64,000 nucleotides of DNA, taken from positions 15,668 through 79,667 of the forward strand of contig DATIII010000004.1 of assembly GCA_035479795.1 (NCBI GenBank). The letters are read 5' to 3'. The DNA comes from Candidatus Saccharimonadales bacterium. GTDB taxonomy: Bacteria; Patescibacteriota; Saccharimonadia; UBA4664; SCTI01. Both the position numbers and the translations under genes were made by a program. Under the pieces are notes generated by a model that saw nothing but the letters and a program-made list of their open reading frames with translations, did not search any database and was not told where the DNA came from. Shown here one piece after another: positions 44,864-54,226 of the stretch (its first letter is position 1; every line of letters starts with the position of its first letter).

Positions 44864-46132
44864 GTGGAATACCTACGCGCTATTCGCCAGACCGACTTCG
44901 CCAAACTGTGGGTGGCGCAGATTGCCTCACAGGTAGCTGCCAACCTGCTGAATTTCGCCCTTATTATTGTCGTCTATGATCTGACCCAGCAGACTCGATT
45001 TGCCAGCTTTGCGGTGAGTTTACTGGTTCTGTCCTTCGCCATACCCTCGATCTTTGCGGCACCCTTGGCTGGCCAATATGTGGACTATTGGGATCGTAAA
45101 AAGATAATGGTGGCGGCCAATGCGTTGCGAGCGGTGCTAACGATCCTGTACTTGTTTGCCGCCCATAGCTTCTGGTTGATCCTGCTCCTGACCTTTGTCT
45201 CCGCCACCGTAACGCAATTCTTCCTGCCGGCCGAAGCCGCTACAATCCCGAAAGTTGTATCTCCACACAACCTGCTGGCAGCTAACTCGATGTTTGTGTT
45301 TAGTATGTACGCTGCCTTCATGGTGGGGTACTCGGCATCAGGTCCGGTGATTAGTTGGTTTGGGGAGAATGGACCCTTCTACACGGTGATTTTTCTCTAC
45401 GTAATTGCGACCATGCTGGTAACGCTAATTCCGAAGCAGAAGGTAGGGAATGAAGCCGCGGAACGCCCCAAGCTGCATTTGGTGCGACAGTTGAGACACA
45501 ATTGGCAGGTTATCTCAGAGCATCCTGATCGTTATTTTGCCCTAATGCAACTGGCGACCATTCAGGGGGTGGTATTTGTGCTTATAACGCTAGCTCCGGC
45601 GCTCAGCCAGTCGCTCTTGCATGTACCACTGCAGCAGGCCAGCCATGTTTTAATCATCCCCGTGGGCATAGGCATGGTTCTCGGTGTGCTGCTAGTCCAT
45701 TCGGTGGTACGGCAGATTAGCAAGCTGCGCGCTCTACAGGTTTCATTGGTTATATCGGCTGTGGCCTTGGTCTTTTTAGGGCTGACCGGCCAGCTCTACC
45801 GGGACTTTCATGGCAATCCGCTGGTGCCAGTTGCGCAGGTTGGCTTTATTGTGGCTAGCATTATGCTTATTCTCGGGGTGATGAATGCCATGATTAGTTC
45901 GCTGGCTCAAACTCTGCTCCAAGAAACTACTACCGATGAGAATCGTGGTAAGGTCTTTGGATCATTACAGATGATGATTAACCTGGCATCGACACTGCCA
46001 ATCATCTTCACCGGGATTCTGGCCGACCTGCTGAGCGTGACCAAAGTGATTGTCCTGATTGGCGTCCTGCTAGGCGCCTACGGCATTTATTCGATCACTC
46101 AGTATCGCAAGATCCAGCGCCGTTGGGCATAA
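44864..46132 (+). CDS. MFS transporter (DHA3-like)
   Basis: About 12 TMs; AGQYVDYWDRKKIM motif A; ENRGKVFG. Confidence 0.9.
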   Translation: MEYLRAIRQTDFAKLWVAQIASQVAANLLNFALIIVVYDLTQQTRFASFAVSLLVLSFAIPSIFAAPLAGQYVDYWDRKKIMVAANALRAVLTILYLFAAHSFWLILLLTFVSATVTQFFLPAEAATIPKVVSPHNLLAANSMFVFSMYAAFMVGYSASGPVISWFGENGPFYTVIFLYVIATMLVTLIPKQKVGNEAAERPKLHLVRQLRHNWQVISEHPDRYFALMQLATIQGVVFVLITLAPALSQSLLHVPLQQASHVLIIPVGIGMVLGVLLVHSVVRQISKLRALQVSLVISAVALVFLGLTGQLYRDFHGNPLVPVAQVGFIVASIMLILGVMNAMISSLAQTLLQETTTDENRGKVFGSLQMMINLASTLPIIFTGILADLLSVTKVIVLIGVLLGAYGIYSITQYRKIQRRWA

Positions 46133-46178
46133 AGTAAGGGCTTCAGTCAGGAGCCCTTACATCCGATTATTAAAGGTA

Positions 46179-46391
46179 CTAGTCTTCGTCTTGTTCAAAG
46201 CTGCCGATGTCTTCGCCAAAGCCGGCCTCGTAGCTAGTTTCCGGCTTATCACTGTCGGCAATGGCTGCACGATCGGCTTCCATCATATCCTCATTGAGCT
46301 CGACCTCACTCTGGTCCTTCTGATCCAGGGTTTCTCCAAAGCCCTTCATATCCTCTCTGGCGGCCAAATCTGACCAATCTTCCTGTGCCAT
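46179..46391 (-). CDS. Small acidic hypothetical protein
   Basis: MAQEDWSDLAARED...; SD ggagg. Confidence 0.65.
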   Translation of the reverse strand: MAQEDWSDLAAREDMKGFGETLDQKDQSEVELNEDMMEADRAAIADSDKPETSYEAGFGEDIGSFEQDED

Positions 46392-46579
46392 AATACCTCC
46401 AATTAATGCTTTGATTTTCACAACAAAGCCGGCAGCAACCTACCACCAAGATCGAAAAAATCTGTCATTGGCGGGCATGATTTTTTGTTAGTTCGGCGCA
46501 CCCTTATGCTTTATTTCTTATCTGTAAAATGGTATTCTTTCCAAGCTGCATCGAGTATACTTTCATGCAGTTTGGACTA

Positions 46580-46948
46580 GGGGCTGACAAGCTTCGACGA
46601 TTGGACTTTTACAACTCGCGCCAGCAAGCCGCAGCCATGCGTTAATTGCACCAATCAACAAATCAGAACTTTGTTGCTCGGGTAAAGAGTCTGTTTCAGG
46701 CTCCCACGCTCGTACCTGCTTACGCTTAAGTAAGCCATCGGTACCTGACTCCAGATGGGGGTTCACCGGTGTCATTTATCTGGATGCTGCCGGCGGGACG
46801 CCAGACCCGCGGGTTTAAGACAGTTGGCTGCTCTAGTCGTTATTTTGTTTGTTTCAAGACGACTAGCTAAGCTTTAAAACGAACTAAGCTTGTAGAAGGA
46901 CGAGAGGTAACCATTCGGACCGGGGTGCAATTCCCCGCAGCTCCACCA
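46580..46948 (+). ncRNA. ssrA: tmRNA
   Basis: 5' ggggctgacaagcttcgacg; 3' cggaccggggtgcaattccccgcagctccacca; tag frame ending ...PTLVPAYA* (TAA 46727-46729); smpB in window. Confidence 0.93.
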
Positions 46949-46993
46949 AAAGGGCGCCAGTAGCAACTGGTGCTTTTTTGTTATGATGAAGCC

Positions 46994-48013
46994 ATGAAAC
47001 GACAAGCGCTCGTCTGGGCCATGTTGATAGTCACGACGATTGCTGCCATGGGTGTATTTATGGAGGTACACGCTCCAAAGTCGAGCCAAAAAGCAGCTGT
47101 CGAGAAAGCTGAGCCAAAGGAGTTGGATCGGTTAACCATTGAGTCTATTCGAAATCGGACTTATACGCCTAGTTCTCTCGATGTCGAGCAGAATTTGGGT
47201 AACCAAGGAGGCTATAGCAATCAAATAGTTTCTTATACCTCCGATGGCCTGAAGATCTATGCATTGAAAAGCACGCCGGCCGGAACCGCTCCGGCAGGTG
47301 GCTGGCCGGTGATAATCTTTGACCATGGCTACATTTATCCGCCGGATTACCGCACTAATGACGGCTCGTACCAACAGTTCATCGCCGCCTTTGCGTGCGC
47401 CGGCTATATAGTTATAAAGCCAGATTACCGCGGGCATGGTCAGAGCCAAGGAGTGCCGGAAGGTGGCCATTTTTCGCCGGTCTATGCCTACGATAACCTG
47501 AATTTAATTGCCAGTCTCAAGCAGCAGCCCGATGTTAATGCGGCGCGGATTGGCCAGTTCGGCCACAGCCTGGGCGGGCATGTAGCCCTGCGCACGATCG
47601 TGGCGTCTAAAGATGTAAAGGCGACAGTATTGGCGGCCGGAGTGGTCGGCTCGTTCAATGATTTCTTCTATAACTGGCCGCACAGCCCCATGCCTTATGA
47701 TCGGCCGCAGATTGTCCAAAGTCTCAAGGCTCAGTATGTTGCGAAGTACGGCGAGCCCAAGGCTAATCCAAATTTCTGGAACAGCGTCACCTCGCTGAAC
47801 TACGTCAATTACATTAGCGGTGCAGTGCAGGTGGATCACGACGCCGGTGATTCAACAGTCCCAGCCTTGTTCTCGCAGCATTTAGTGTCGGCGTTGCAGA
47901 AGGCTGGCAAGACAGTGGAATACAATGAGTATCCCGGTGACGATCATCAGTTTAGCGCTAACCGCCAGCGCATTCTGGCCGATGCCCTGACTTTTTATCG
48001 CAAGTATCTTTAG
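46994..48013 (+). CDS. Membrane-anchored alpha/beta hydrolase (S9 peptidase-like)
   Basis: HGY, PDYRGHG, GHSLGG nucleophile elbow, GDSTVP, GDDH. Confidence 0.9.
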   Translation: MKRQALVWAMLIVTTIAAMGVFMEVHAPKSSQKAAVEKAEPKELDRLTIESIRNRTYTPSSLDVEQNLGNQGGYSNQIVSYTSDGLKIYALKSTPAGTAPAGGWPVIIFDHGYIYPPDYRTNDGSYQQFIAAFACAGYIVIKPDYRGHGQSQGVPEGGHFSPVYAYDNLNLIASLKQQPDVNAARIGQFGHSLGGHVALRTIVASKDVKATVLAAGVVGSFNDFFYNWPHSPMPYDRPQIVQSLKAQYVAKYGEPKANPNFWNSVTSLNYVNYISGAVQVDHDAGDSTVPALFSQHLVSALQKAGKTVEYNEYPGDDHQFSANRQRILADALTFYRKYL

Positions 48014-48092
48014 AACGGGCAAGGCCCGGCTTATGCCAGGCCTCTAACAATCCCTGCCCTTCCTGCCGGCCTACTTGCCGGCGTCTCCGTTG

Positions 48093-48674
48093 CTAGCTGG
48101 CCGAGATGCCGCCGCGCAGCAGGATGTCCTGCATGGGCGTGGTGACCGGCGTTCCCATGGACGCAAAGCCGTAGGTCCGGAACAGCCGGATGGCCTTGCG
48201 GCTGTGGCGCTCGGCGCTCTCGAAGTCGTGCTCCAGCGCGTCGGCGGCCGTCAGCAGGGCGTAGACCGGAGCCAGGTCCTGCTGCCGACGGTTCTTGATG
48301 AAGATCTCCTTGGCCCGCTCGAGGCGCTCGAGGATCTTGTCCGTCTGGATGCCCTTCTTCGTAATGGCCATCTTGGCCCAGGTGATGACGGCGTCGGCCC
48401 AGGCCACGATCTGCTCGGGGTCCCTCTCGAGCGTGGTCAGGTCCTTCTCCAGCAGCGAGGCCGTCTGCTCGTACGAGACGGGCAGCTGGCTGCGCAGCAG
48501 GGTGGCCTGGTAGGTGGCGGTGCCGCGATCGATCTCGCCGAAGTCTGAGAACTGGCTCAGCCCCTCGAAGATCGCCAGCGCCACCTCCGGCTGGGCGATG
48601 TCCGGCTGAACGAACTGGACCGCTCGGTCCATGACGGTCAGCAGCTGGTCGCTCTGTACCTGCGTGGAGGGCAT
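48093..48674 (-). CDS. Helical hypothetical protein (GC-rich orphan)
   Basis: SD aaggag then MPSTQVQ...; strong third-position GC bias. Confidence 0.7.
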   Translation of the reverse strand: MPSTQVQSDQLLTVMDRAVQFVQPDIAQPEVALAIFEGLSQFSDFGEIDRGTATYQATLLRSQLPVSYEQTASLLEKDLTTLERDPEQIVAWADAVITWAKMAITKKGIQTDKILERLERAKEIFIKNRRQQDLAPVYALLTAADALEHDFESAERHSRKAIRLFRTYGFASMGTPVTTPMQDILLRGGISAS

Positions 48675-48864
48675 GTGTCTCCTTTGGTGTGGTGTGCGGG
48701 ATTGCACGGTTTCGTATGTTAGCAAAGCGCACCGGGCGCTAGCGACCGCGTCCCTGACAAATATTTACGATTATTTTCGGCTAAATTCGTGGGAATGAAA
48801 AAGCTTTCCTGTTATAAGCGAACGCCCCACCAGCCGGGCCAGCGGTTTGTTCGCTTGGTGTTGG

Positions 48865-49341
48865 TCAGTGGGGCAGTTTGGCGATGAAGCCGGGCAGCCG
48901 CTCCAGCAGTTCTTCGAGCGAAACTACTACTATGCCTGGGCTGCGTCGAACGGCGGATGCGGGCATGAGGTTGTACGGCAAACCATCTTCGCCGCAGGTT
49001 CGCAGGTCGTTGCGGTAGCCGATGACGGGGACGTTATGAGCGGCAGCCCAAACGACTTCGCAGACCGTACCGTTGTCTGGTGGTTCTCCGTCCAGGATGG
49101 CAATCAACATCTGCGCGTGGTCGCGGATGGTGTCATAGTGGTGGTCGCCCAGATCTAGCCACATCTCTGGCTGGTCGGTCTCGTCCGCCTCCTCAATACG
49201 AGAGACATCGACGCTCCATGGGTCCAGAATATGTACATGAGGCTCCAGGGCGGGGAGTAGTACATGGTCGTACCAGTACTTGGTCCCCTCAGCGAATCCG
49301 TTGGGATTGGCAATGTAGCAAGCCGGCTTATCAAGTTCCAT
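48865..49341 (-). CDS. Nucleoside 2-deoxyribosyltransferase family protein
   Basis: YIANPNGF, LDPW, AILDGEPPDNGTVCEV, GYRNDLR, YNLM. Confidence 0.85.
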   Translation of the reverse strand: MELDKPACYIANPNGFAEGTKYWYDHVLLPALEPHVHILDPWSVDVSRIEEADETDQPEMWLDLGDHHYDTIRDHAQMLIAILDGEPPDNGTVCEVVWAAAHNVPVIGYRNDLRTCGEDGLPYNLMPASAVRRSPGIVVVSLEELLERLPGFIAKLPH

Positions 49342-49406
49342 TTCTATCCTTGTATTGGGGCTACAGGAACGCCAATATAATGTCGCTTTAGCAGACCCGC
49401 AACAAG

Positions 49407-49952
49407 TCAATTCTTTTTGATCAGGGCCGAAAGTTTGGCTACAAACTGCTGCTCGCGCCAGTAGCCTGGGTAGTCAATTAAGCCTTGGTTCACCACATTG
49501 ATCTTGGCTTCTTTGAGTGTCTCGGCTGCCATTTTATATGTCGTTGATTTGATCAAAATAATCTCCGTATCAGGTTCGGCAAGCTTATTTATTTTTACAA
49601 CAAGCTCTGGCAAACCAGCCTTGATAGCGGCGTGGCGTTCGCTGGTTTTGGTGCCGTGAGGCAATGATTGCTCCAGTGATTCGATTAGGTAGAATCCGTC
49701 GGCGGCAAAGCGTTCCAGCCATTTAACTTTGTCGCGGGCCAGTACCATCTCGGTGACCTCATGGGCTTCGGGGTAGATGGCGCGCATAGTATTCCAGAAC
49801 AGCCGGTCGTTTTCGGGGCGGCCGTCTTCATAAAAGTGCCGGGTACCTTTGTCCGATCCGCCGGCAGGAGGGGGCGACTCAGTCACCAGCAGCCATTTAA
49901 TATGCTTTGGCTTATATTTGGAACGTAACTTTTCGTAAGTGGCGTCGGCCAT
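49407..49952 (-). CDS. Hypothetical protein, possibly uracil-DNA glycosylase superfamily
   Basis: YKPKHIKWLLVTESPP...HFY...GFYLIE pattern; fold call tentative. Confidence 0.55.
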   Translation of the reverse strand: MADATYEKLRSKYKPKHIKWLLVTESPPPAGGSDKGTRHFYEDGRPENDRLFWNTMRAIYPEAHEVTEMVLARDKVKWLERFAADGFYLIESLEQSLPHGTKTSERHAAIKAGLPELVVKINKLAEPDTEIILIKSTTYKMAAETLKEAKINVVNQGLIDYPGYWREQQFVAKLSALIKKN

Positions 49953-49956
49953 AGGC

Positions 49957-50184
49957 CTATTGTACTTTCTGGCGCTTGGTTTTGCCCCAGTGGATCTGGT
50001 TCCAGACTCGTTCATGAAAATAATAGAGCGCGGCGCTCGCCAGGTTGGTGAGAACGATGATCGGCAGGGCGGTTTCAAGCCTGTGGGTGAATAGGAGGAT
50101 AATCGTTAAATCGGAACAGATGACGACCATCCGGAAGCTAAGAGACTTAACCAGTGATCGACTAGCGGCCTCATGGAAGGCCAC
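49957..50184 (-). CDS. DUF2061 small membrane protein
   Basis: RSLVKSLSFR...YYFHERVW. Confidence 0.85.
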   Translation of the reverse strand: MAFHEAASRSLVKSLSFRMVVICSDLTIILLFTHRLETALPIIVLTNLASAALYYFHERVWNQIHWGKTKRQKVQ

Positions 50185-51761
50185 TAGCTGGCCTCCAGCT
50201 GAATGATTTCCTCAACCGTCGTGATGCCAGCCAAAACTTTGTTTAGGCCGTCTTCCAGCAAAGTGGCCATGCCGTTTTTAACCGCCAAGGATTCAATGTC
50301 TTGAGCCGTGGTGCGATCGGGGGCCGTCATTAGCTTCTCGATATCCGGAGTAATGGCCATCATCTCAACTATGGCAATCCGGCCTTTATAGCCTAGGCCG
50401 TGGCATTCTTTACAGCCCTCACCTTTTTTAAGCTTTACGGTCTGCGGATTTATCTTGGGCTGTCGGTCAGGGGTGATTGTGGCCAAAGCCCGTTTTAAGA
50501 AGGCCTGCTCCTCTGCGGTGGCTGGTATTTCTTTGGCACAATTATCACAGATGCGGCGAGCTAGGCGCTGGGCAATAATCATCCGAATCGCAGATGGGAA
50601 TAGGGGGTTGGAGCCAATCATGTCCAGCATGCGGCTGATGGCCGTCGAAGCATTAGTGGCGTGGAAGGTAGAGAGCAAGAGGTGGCCGGTCAGGGCGGCC
50701 TGAAGAGCGGTTTTGGCAGTGTCGACGTCGCGAATTTCGCCGATCATGATGACATTCGGGTCTTCGCGCAGGACGGCCCGTAGCTTTTCAATAAACAGCT
50801 CCTTGTCATCACTTTTAACCGGTACTTGGCTAATGCCAGCGATGTCGTATTCTACCGGATCCTCTAGAGTAATGATCTTGGTCTCGGGATTATTTAGGCG
50901 ATTGATGATGGCGTATAGGGTCGAGGTCTTGCCCGAGCCGGTTGGGCCGACGGTTAGCATCATGCCGTTAGGGTGAGCGGTAACTTCGTCAATCCGCTGG
51001 ACCTGTGGCGGTGAGAATCCCATTTCTTCCAAGTGTAAGTTGCGGGTTTCGGCGTTAAATATCCGCACGACGATTTCTTCGCCGTGGAAGGAGGGAATGG
51101 TCTCAATCCGCATGTCCACCCGGCCAATTTCGGCGTGATTGTCCATAAGATCGTAGCTGATACGGCCAGTTTGGGGTTCATCTGAACCCCACTTTATCTC
51201 CGCCCGGGTCTGAAGATCGCTCAAGAATATCTTGTAGGCATCAGTCGCTACTTCGGTAATAGGGTGGAGAACGCCATCCAGCCGGAACCTGACCCGAGCC
51301 GAGTCGGTTTGGGGTTCGATGTGGATGTCGGAGGCCCCCAGCCAAAAGGCCAGTTGGGCAATTAAGCCAAAGGCGTCTTTAGGTGCGGCAATCTTAAGTT
51401 TGTTGCCAAAGGCCTTAAAGTCGCCGTCGCGTTCTGGTTGAAACTGGCGATAGTAAATATGATTGAGAATGTAATTGAAACCGCTCCGGGATATGGTTTT
51501 AAAGGTTAGTTGGGTATGGGCCACAGCCTGCTGCAGCTGGGGTAAGCGAGTTCGATCTGTCTGAGCTGTAATCCCCAGCTCGATGGCATGGTTGCCAGAC
51601 ACCTGCAGTGGCGCCACTTGGTATTCCCGAAGCTGCGCCAGGGACAATACGCCACCGGTGTCAGCCGCCTCCACGATATCAGTGGTGTCGGCGTAGGGGA
51701 TGCCGCTTTTGGTGGCTTCCGCCTGGGTTTTTAATTCTTCAACCGCCCTCGCATCACTCAT
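50184..51761 (-). CDS. GspE/PilB-family type IV pilus assembly ATPase
   Basis: ASDIHIEP, GPTGSGKTSTLY, TLEDPVEY, LREDPNVIMIGEIRD, TGHLLLST, CxxC...CxxC. Confidence 0.93.
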   Translation of the reverse strand: MSDARAVEELKTQAEATKSGIPYADTTDIVEAADTGGVLSLAQLREYQVAPLQVSGNHAIELGITAQTDRTRLPQLQQAVAHTQLTFKTISRSGFNYILNHIYYRQFQPERDGDFKAFGNKLKIAAPKDAFGLIAQLAFWLGASDIHIEPQTDSARVRFRLDGVLHPITEVATDAYKIFLSDLQTRAEIKWGSDEPQTGRISYDLMDNHAEIGRVDMRIETIPSFHGEEIVVRIFNAETRNLHLEEMGFSPPQVQRIDEVTAHPNGMMLTVGPTGSGKTSTLYAIINRLNNPETKIITLEDPVEYDIAGISQVPVKSDDKELFIEKLRAVLREDPNVIMIGEIRDVDTAKTALQAALTGHLLLSTFHATNASTAISRMLDMIGSNPLFPSAIRMIIAQRLARRICDNCAKEIPATAEEQAFLKRALATITPDRQPKINPQTVKLKKGEGCKECHGLGYKGRIAIVEMMAITPDIEKLMTAPDRTTAQDIESLAVKNGMATLLEDGLNKVLAGITTVEEIIQLEAS

Positions 51762-51765
51762 TGCT

Positions 51766-51893
51766 TATAGAATATAGGATTCAGGATTCAGGATCCAGGA
51801 AAGAAGTGGCCAATCTAAGGAGACAGGATCTCGCATTGAGGATCAAAAGAGGGAATTTAAATCCTAGATCCTAAATCCTAGATCCTGTAATGT
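51766..51893. repeat. Inverted pair of 7-bp arrays forming both divergent promoters
   Basis: AGAATAT AGGATTC AGGATTC AGGATCC ... ATCCTAG ATCCTAA ATCCTAG ATCCTGT. Confidence 0.85.
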
Positions 51894-51900
51894 TTCTAGT

Positions 51901-53214
51901 GTGAACGACGAAATTATTATTCATCAGCACGAGCTTGATAAGCAGCCAGAGGTGAAGTCTCCCAGTCCGTGGCCCTCACGATTAAAGAAAATCGGAATTG
52001 CTCTGGCGATTATTCTGCTCGCGGCAGGCATTTTTGTCGTTATTAATTTATTTAAAGTGTCGGTTAACCCCTTTGGTTTCGGTCATCTTAAGGGAGAGTC
52101 GGACGGTCGGGTTAATATCCTGATGCTGGGGGTAGGTGATCCCGGCCATGCCGGCGAGAACCTGACCGACACCAATATTATCTTGAGTGTAAATACCAGG
52201 ACTCATCAGGTAGCGACGATTGGTGTGCCTCGCGATTTACGGGTCAGATTGCACGGCGACGGTTATGCCAAGGTTAATACGGCTTATTCCAGTGGCGGGA
52301 TCGATGGGGCTAAAAAGACCTTCGAAGACTCTTTTGGTTTGCCGATCCATTACTACGTAAAGGCCAACTTCACGGGCTTAAAAGAAGTTGTCGATGCTGT
52401 TGGGGGCGTGGACATCGACAATCAGTATGCTTTGAGCGATCCTGAGTATCCTTGTGACAAGAACGAGAACCGCAGCTGTGGGTTTCGGCTAACCGCCGGC
52501 CAGCATCATTTAGATGGAGCCACGGCTCTTAAATACGTCCGCTGCCGTAAAGGTACCTGTGGCGACGACTTTGGACGGGCGGAGCGGCAGCAGCAGGTGA
52601 TGCAGTCGATTCGCGATCACGCCACTTCGGCTGGTACGCTAGCCAATCCTCTTGCGCTGGGCCGCCTGGTAGCTGCGGCTGGCAGCAATATTAAAACCGA
52701 TTTGAGCATAAACAACCTGCAGCGGTTAAATGAACTGACCAAGGGTGGCGATGTTATTCGGGTAGTATTTAATCTTCAACCTGACGGCTTTCTCACTACA
52801 TCTGGATCCAGCGATCTTGTACCGGCTGGTGGTGACTTTGATGACATTCAGGAGTTTGTCAAAAATATATTTGTGGTTGGTCCAATCTGGAGCGAGCACC
52901 CGACAGTGATGATCGAAAACGGCACCACTACACCTGGTATTGGGGCTAAATTCCAGCAGAAGTTAAAGAGTGATGGTTATGATATCTCGGTTACGGCTGT
53001 GACAAATGCTTTGACCAAGGACTTCGCGACTTCCAAGATTATCGATTACACCAATGGCGCCAAAAACCACACCAAAGGCTACCTCTTGAATTTACTAGGG
53101 CTGAAGGAAGTCAGCGCGCCGGAAAAGCCAACCAAGTATCCGCCAGCCGACTTTGTGATAATCCTCGGATCGGATTACGCCGCTAGTTCTACAAGTACTA
53201 AATCAAACCAGTAG
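51901..53214 (+). CDS. LCP (LytR-CpsA-Psr) family protein with LytR_C domain
   Basis: NILMLGVG, TDT, VPRD, VDAVGGV, ALKYVRCR..DDFGRAERQQ, IENGT. Confidence 0.92.
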   Translation: MNDEIIIHQHELDKQPEVKSPSPWPSRLKKIGIALAIILLAAGIFVVINLFKVSVNPFGFGHLKGESDGRVNILMLGVGDPGHAGENLTDTNIILSVNTRTHQVATIGVPRDLRVRLHGDGYAKVNTAYSSGGIDGAKKTFEDSFGLPIHYYVKANFTGLKEVVDAVGGVDIDNQYALSDPEYPCDKNENRSCGFRLTAGQHHLDGATALKYVRCRKGTCGDDFGRAERQQQVMQSIRDHATSAGTLANPLALGRLVAAAGSNIKTDLSINNLQRLNELTKGGDVIRVVFNLQPDGFLTTSGSSDLVPAGGDFDDIQEFVKNIFVVGPIWSEHPTVMIENGTTTPGIGAKFQQKLKSDGYDISVTAVTNALTKDFATSKIIDYTNGAKNHTKGYLLNLLGLKEVSAPEKPTKYPPADFVIILGSDYAASSTSTKSNQ

Positions 53215-53276
53215 GCTTGCATGGCTAGATCTGTTCGCTAGACTGGTACTACGGTCCAAGCGACGACGGGAGAATA

Positions 53277-53825
53277 ATGTCTGAGGCACGCGAGATCGAG
53301 TACCTACGCGCCAGGCTTGAGGCGGCAGAGTCAAGGAGTGACCGATACCGCGCTGAGCGTGATCGTTATCGTACGGAGAGTCTGCACGATCCATTGACCA
53401 ACCTGTGGAACCGGCGAGCGTTCAAACTGGCCGAAATAGCTGCTCTGTCTATGGGCTTCGCCGTGGTACTGCTAGACGTCGATGATTTCAAGGAGGTTAA
53501 TGATGAGCTGGGCTACGCCGTCGGTGACGAGCTGCTCGTCCAAACGGCCCACCTGATTCGCCGCGAAGCCACTCGCCTGGGTTACCCCACTAGTTGTCGG
53601 ATAGGGGGCGACGAGTTTGCCGTCTACACCTCATCTCGCGATGCCAAGAAGCTGCTGTATCGAGTAATGACTATGGCGGTACGCGTCGAAGCGAGCGGCC
53701 GCAAGTTGTCTATCTCTGGCGGCAGCGGATTGACCGTTGAGTTCGCAAATCAAGACCTACGTATCAGCAAGCAGGCGGGCGATCTGCTGGGTCAGCAGCT
53801 TCGCCGCAAGGGTCTGGAGGCATAA
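53277..53825 (+). CDS. Stand-alone GGDEF (diguanylate cyclase) domain protein
   Basis: DPLTNLWNRR, LDVDDFKEVND..G..VGDELL, RIGGDEF. Confidence 0.88.
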   Translation: MSEAREIEYLRARLEAAESRSDRYRAERDRYRTESLHDPLTNLWNRRAFKLAEIAALSMGFAVVLLDVDDFKEVNDELGYAVGDELLVQTAHLIRREATRLGYPTSCRIGGDEFAVYTSSRDAKKLLYRVMTMAVRVEASGRKLSISGGSGLTVEFANQDLRISKQAGDLLGQQLRRKGLEA

Positions 53826-53863
53826 GACGCCTCCAGACCCATTAAGTTTGGTATCATATCTGT

Positions 53864-54226
53864 ATGGCAGCTTTAGCGCTATTGAGGTGGTGGTACAGTG
53901 AGGGTTTGGTCGCACTTATCAACCGGTTACGGCAATATTTAGTCGATATTGCTCAAAGTTTTTCGGTACCGATTCTGCTGGGCACCTTATTCGCACCATG
54001 GCGGCAGGTAGTCAGCTATAACCATCAATCAGCCGCCGACAGCCTCAGATCAATGTTGGATAATGCCGTTTCACGGTTTGTTGGGTTCTGGGTACGGCTG
54101 CTGACTTTGCTGGCAGCCTGCATTATATTGGTGTTCACGGCTCTAGGCGGGCTAATATTGTTGATTTCCTGGCCACTTTTACCGTTGGCGGCCGTGGCGC
54201 TTCTAGTCGCGGGTCTGCTGCCATGA
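53864..54226 (+). CDS. Membrane protein coupled to the Clp-like ATPase
   Basis: WWYS...FSVPILLGTLFAPWR...SRFVGFWVR; ATGA overlap. Confidence 0.8.
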   Translation: MAALALLRWWYSEGLVALINRLRQYLVDIAQSFSVPILLGTLFAPWRQVVSYNHQSAADSLRSMLDNAVSRFVGFWVRLLTLLAACIILVFTALGGLILLISWPLLPLAAVALLVAGLLP

